A DNA stretch of 60,581 bases. Origin: an uncultured Candidatus Actinomarina sp. (GTDB lineage Bacteria; Actinomycetota; Acidimicrobiia; Actinomarinales; Actinomarinaceae). The stretch spans positions 1 to 60,581 of the forward strand of contig CACJPC010000004.1 of assembly GCA_902595195.1 (NCBI GenBank), given 5' to 3'. Position numbers and translations under genes: made by a program. Shown here in pieces: positions 59,547 through 60,581 of the stretch (position 1 is the stretch's first letter; every line of letters begins with the position of its first letter). The notes under the pieces are model-generated. The model was given only the letters and a program-made list of their open reading frames with translations, was not told the origin of the DNA and did no database searches.

Positions 59547-60431
59547 TTATACGTCACAATCCTCAGGAAGATATTCAGCTGGAATGTCTTCATCACACTC
59601 TGCTATATCATCATAAGTAACTGTAAAATCTGGTGAAAAGAACTTTGCATTTATTTCTGCAAGTTTTCCACTTTTTTCCATAGCCGCAAGGCCTTGATTA
59701 ACAACATCTACTAACGGGCTTCCATTAGGAAATGCGAAACCTAATTGTTCAGATGTTAAATCTCCACCAACCAATTTAACTTGATCTTTATTTGCACCCA
59801 TATATCCTAAACCAGCAGTTTCGTCAATAATAGACGCATCTGCATCGCCAGAGATAACAGCTTGGATAGCAAAGTTAAAATCATCAAATGCTTTAACTTT
59901 GTCTTCACCTAATTCAGCAACAGCAAACTCATAGTTTGTAGTTCCTTTTTGAGTTGCAACTGTATAGTCTCCATTTTTAAGATCATCAATACTTGTAATT
60001 TCGTCGTTACCGACTGCTACAAGTACTCTTTGGGCAAGATTGATGTAACCATTAGAAAAGTCAATAATTTCATCTCTCTCTGCTGTAATTGTGATACCGT
60101 CACCAGCAATCATAAATTGTCCATCAGCTACAGCTTGTATCATTCCATCCCAAGCTGCTGGTACATAAACAGGAACGAAATTCATAAGTTCGCCCATATG
60201 ATTAAATACATCATAGTCCCAGCCTTTAGCTTCTCCATCAGCTGCATCAATATAGTTGAATGGTAAATATGCATTCTCTACAGCAAATGTAAATTCACAA
60301 CCACCTAAATCAGGTAATCCGTTTTCTCCTGTTGTAATTTCTACTTCATCACATGGAGTTGCAGCGGTTGAACAAGCAGCAGCTACCAATGCTAGAACAA
60401 AAATTAAAAGGAGTGATTTTCTAGTTTTCAC
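59547..60431 (-). CDS. Amino acid ABC transporter substrate-binding lipoprotein (family 3)
   Basis: Lipobox AAAC, ENAYLPF, GWDYD, ITITAER, QKGTT. Confidence 0.92.
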   Translation of the reverse strand: MKTRKSLLLIFVLALVAAACSTAATPCDEVEITTGENGLPDLGGCEFTFAVENAYLPFNYIDAADGEAKGWDYDVFNHMGELMNFVPVYVPAAWDGMIQAVADGQFMIAGDGITITAERDEIIDFSNGYINLAQRVLVAVGNDEITSIDDLKNGDYTVATQKGTTNYEFAVAELGEDKVKAFDDFNFAIQAVISGDADASIIDETAGLGYMGANKDQVKLVGGDLTSEQLGFAFPNGSPLVDVVNQGLAAMEKSGKLAEINAKFFSPDFTVTYDDIAECDEDIPAEYLPEDCDV

Positions 60432-60546
60432 TTAGTAAACCTCCAATTTCTTAAGTACAAATTATTGCATAAAAATACACTTAAATGAATATTTATACAA
60501 TTATTTTATTCATCCAATGTATTTTTATAATCTGGTTGTCTTTTTT

Positions 60547-60579
60547 CAAAAAAGGCAGACATACCCTCAGCTACGTCTG
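60547..60579 (-). terminator. Probable intrinsic terminator of a gene beyond the window edge
   Basis: Minus strand CAGACGTA..TATGTCTG stem followed by CCTTTTTT. Confidence 0.45.
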
Positions 60580-60581
60580 AA

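Noticed and set aside
3193-60266. Many short antisense ORFs in the track (for example 20364..20864, 42966..43445, 47755..48183, 49027..49491, 52018..52458)
   Set aside because: They are shadow frames opposite well-supported genes and have no recognisable motifs
1-60581. Genome-wide UGA reassignment (genetic code 4 or 25)
   Set aside because: TGA ends conserved genes at their expected C-termini (sbtA, truB, rbfA, xerC), and Trp is encoded by TGG
1-60581. CRISPR array, rRNA or insertion sequences
   Set aside because: No repeat-spacer periodicity, rRNA-like stretch or transposase ORF was seen; intergenic space is minimal

Overview
AT-rich, gene-dense chromosomal segment with very short intergenic spacers. 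Gene content and order point to a streamlined, low-GC marine actinobacterium, most like Ca. Actinomarina (inference). The evidence is actinobacterial LexA boxes TCGAAC-N4-GTTCGA, F420-dependent enzymes, and the orders xerC-rpsB-tsf-pyrH-frr-cdsA, rimP-nusA-infB-rbfA-truB-ribF-rpsO-pnp, dapB-dapA-ftsK and cinA-recA-miaB-miaA-dapF-lexA-LysM-nrdR. Three accessory blocks interrupt the core: about 1-8.6 kb around a split Gly-Cys-Val tRNA cluster, 17.1-21.1 kb (thioredoxin-like lipoprotein plus phnDCEE) and 25.2-41.1 kb between dapB and pnp. Highlights: (1) a UGA-recoded UxxC thioredoxin-like selenoprotein with a SECIS-like hairpin; (2) a HEXXH-vWA / MoxR-CobS-type AAA+ pair whose ATPase shows a reciprocal Walker A/Walker B swap (GKD / LSE); (3) a divergent umuD/umuC module with a palindromic operator candidate, followed by a stand-alone aGPT-Pplase1 DNA-hypermodification-family gene; (4) PafBC/RecA-NDp-like promoter signatures at three DNA-damage genes; (5) a dUTPase and small genes missed by the ORF track, including apparent CTG starts; (6) a tRNA-Val(GAC) with C33; (7) pervasive leaderless gene starts. 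No CRISPR array, rRNA or transposase was seen.
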